The translations under genes were made by a program, and so were the position numbers. The notes below the pieces were generated by a model that searched no databases, had not been told where the DNA came from, and was given only the letters and a program-made list of their open reading frames with translations. A stretch of 64,000 nt of DNA from Macrostomum lignano (lineage: Eukaryota), in contig NIVC01001413.1 in the NCBI GenBank assembly GCA_002269645.1, forward strand, positions 1 through 64,000, read 5' to 3'. This document shows positions 63,580 through 64,000 of this stretch, one piece after another; positions within the stretch are counted from its first letter, which is position 1; the number at the start of each line of letters is the position of its first letter.

Positions 63580-64000
63580 ACAAAATGAGTGACAAAAAGT
63601 TGACATCCCAGTGACAAAAAGTTGACATCCCAGTGACATGAAGTTGACATCCCAGTGACATGAAGTTGACATCCCAGTGACATGAAGTTGACATCCCAGT
63701 GACATGAAATTGACACCCCAGTGACATGAAGTTGACATCCCAGTGACAAAAAGTTGACATCCCAGTGACATGAAGTTGACATCCCAGTGACATGAAGTTG
63801 ACATCCCAGTGACATGAAATTGACACCCCAGTGACATGAAGTTGACATCCCAGTGACATGAAGTTGACATCCCAGTGACATGAAGTTGACATCCCAGTGA
63901 CATGAAATTGACATCCCAGTGACATGAAGTTGACACCCCAGTGACATGAAGTTGACATCCCAGTGACATGAAATTGACATCCCAGTGACATGAAGTTGAC
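63580..64000. repeat. 22-bp intronic minisatellite (runs off the window)
   Basis: gacatcccagtgacatgaagtt units. Confidence 0.95.

Noticed and set aside
60892-63991. 200-456-aa repetitive ORFs (VES, SLPQLSLAT, CHWDVNF)
   Set aside because: 9-, 19- and 22-bp minisatellites inside introns of the MFS gene.

Overview
Eukaryotic (metazoan) genomic DNA. The GC-rich Ala/Gln/His-rich exons, GT-AG introns and near-universal intronic minisatellites resemble a Macrostomum-type flatworm assembly (inference only). Four spliced host genes are present: (1) the 3' part of PSME4/PA200 (+, 12 exons, 87-27646, ending in the YYA proteasome-docking motif); (2) a complete FoxF forkhead gene (+, 4 exons, 35742-45651); (3) a 3-exon PLD-superfamily (HxK...SAN) nuclease-like gene (-, 52918-48995); (4) the 3' end of an MFS/SLC16-like transporter (-, 63369-60608). 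The most striking object is an 11.27-kb, recently inserted LTR retroelement (4321-15590, - strand) in a PSME4 intron. It has ~2.2-kb near-identical LTRs, an ATAG target-site duplication, a tRNA-Leu PBS and a PPT. It encodes only Gag and a retropepsin, with a G-GGA-AAC slippery site plus predicted pseudoknot at the end of gag (the PEG10 layout), no visible RT/RNaseH/integrase, and an apparent antisense spliced unit with a hydrophobic-tailed ORF. Also present: Helitron-like elements that appear to have seeded large satellites, a 338-bp MITE, and about 25 distinct mini/microsatellites. Most long ORFs in the supplied track are artefacts of these repeats. All alignments and counts were done by eye.
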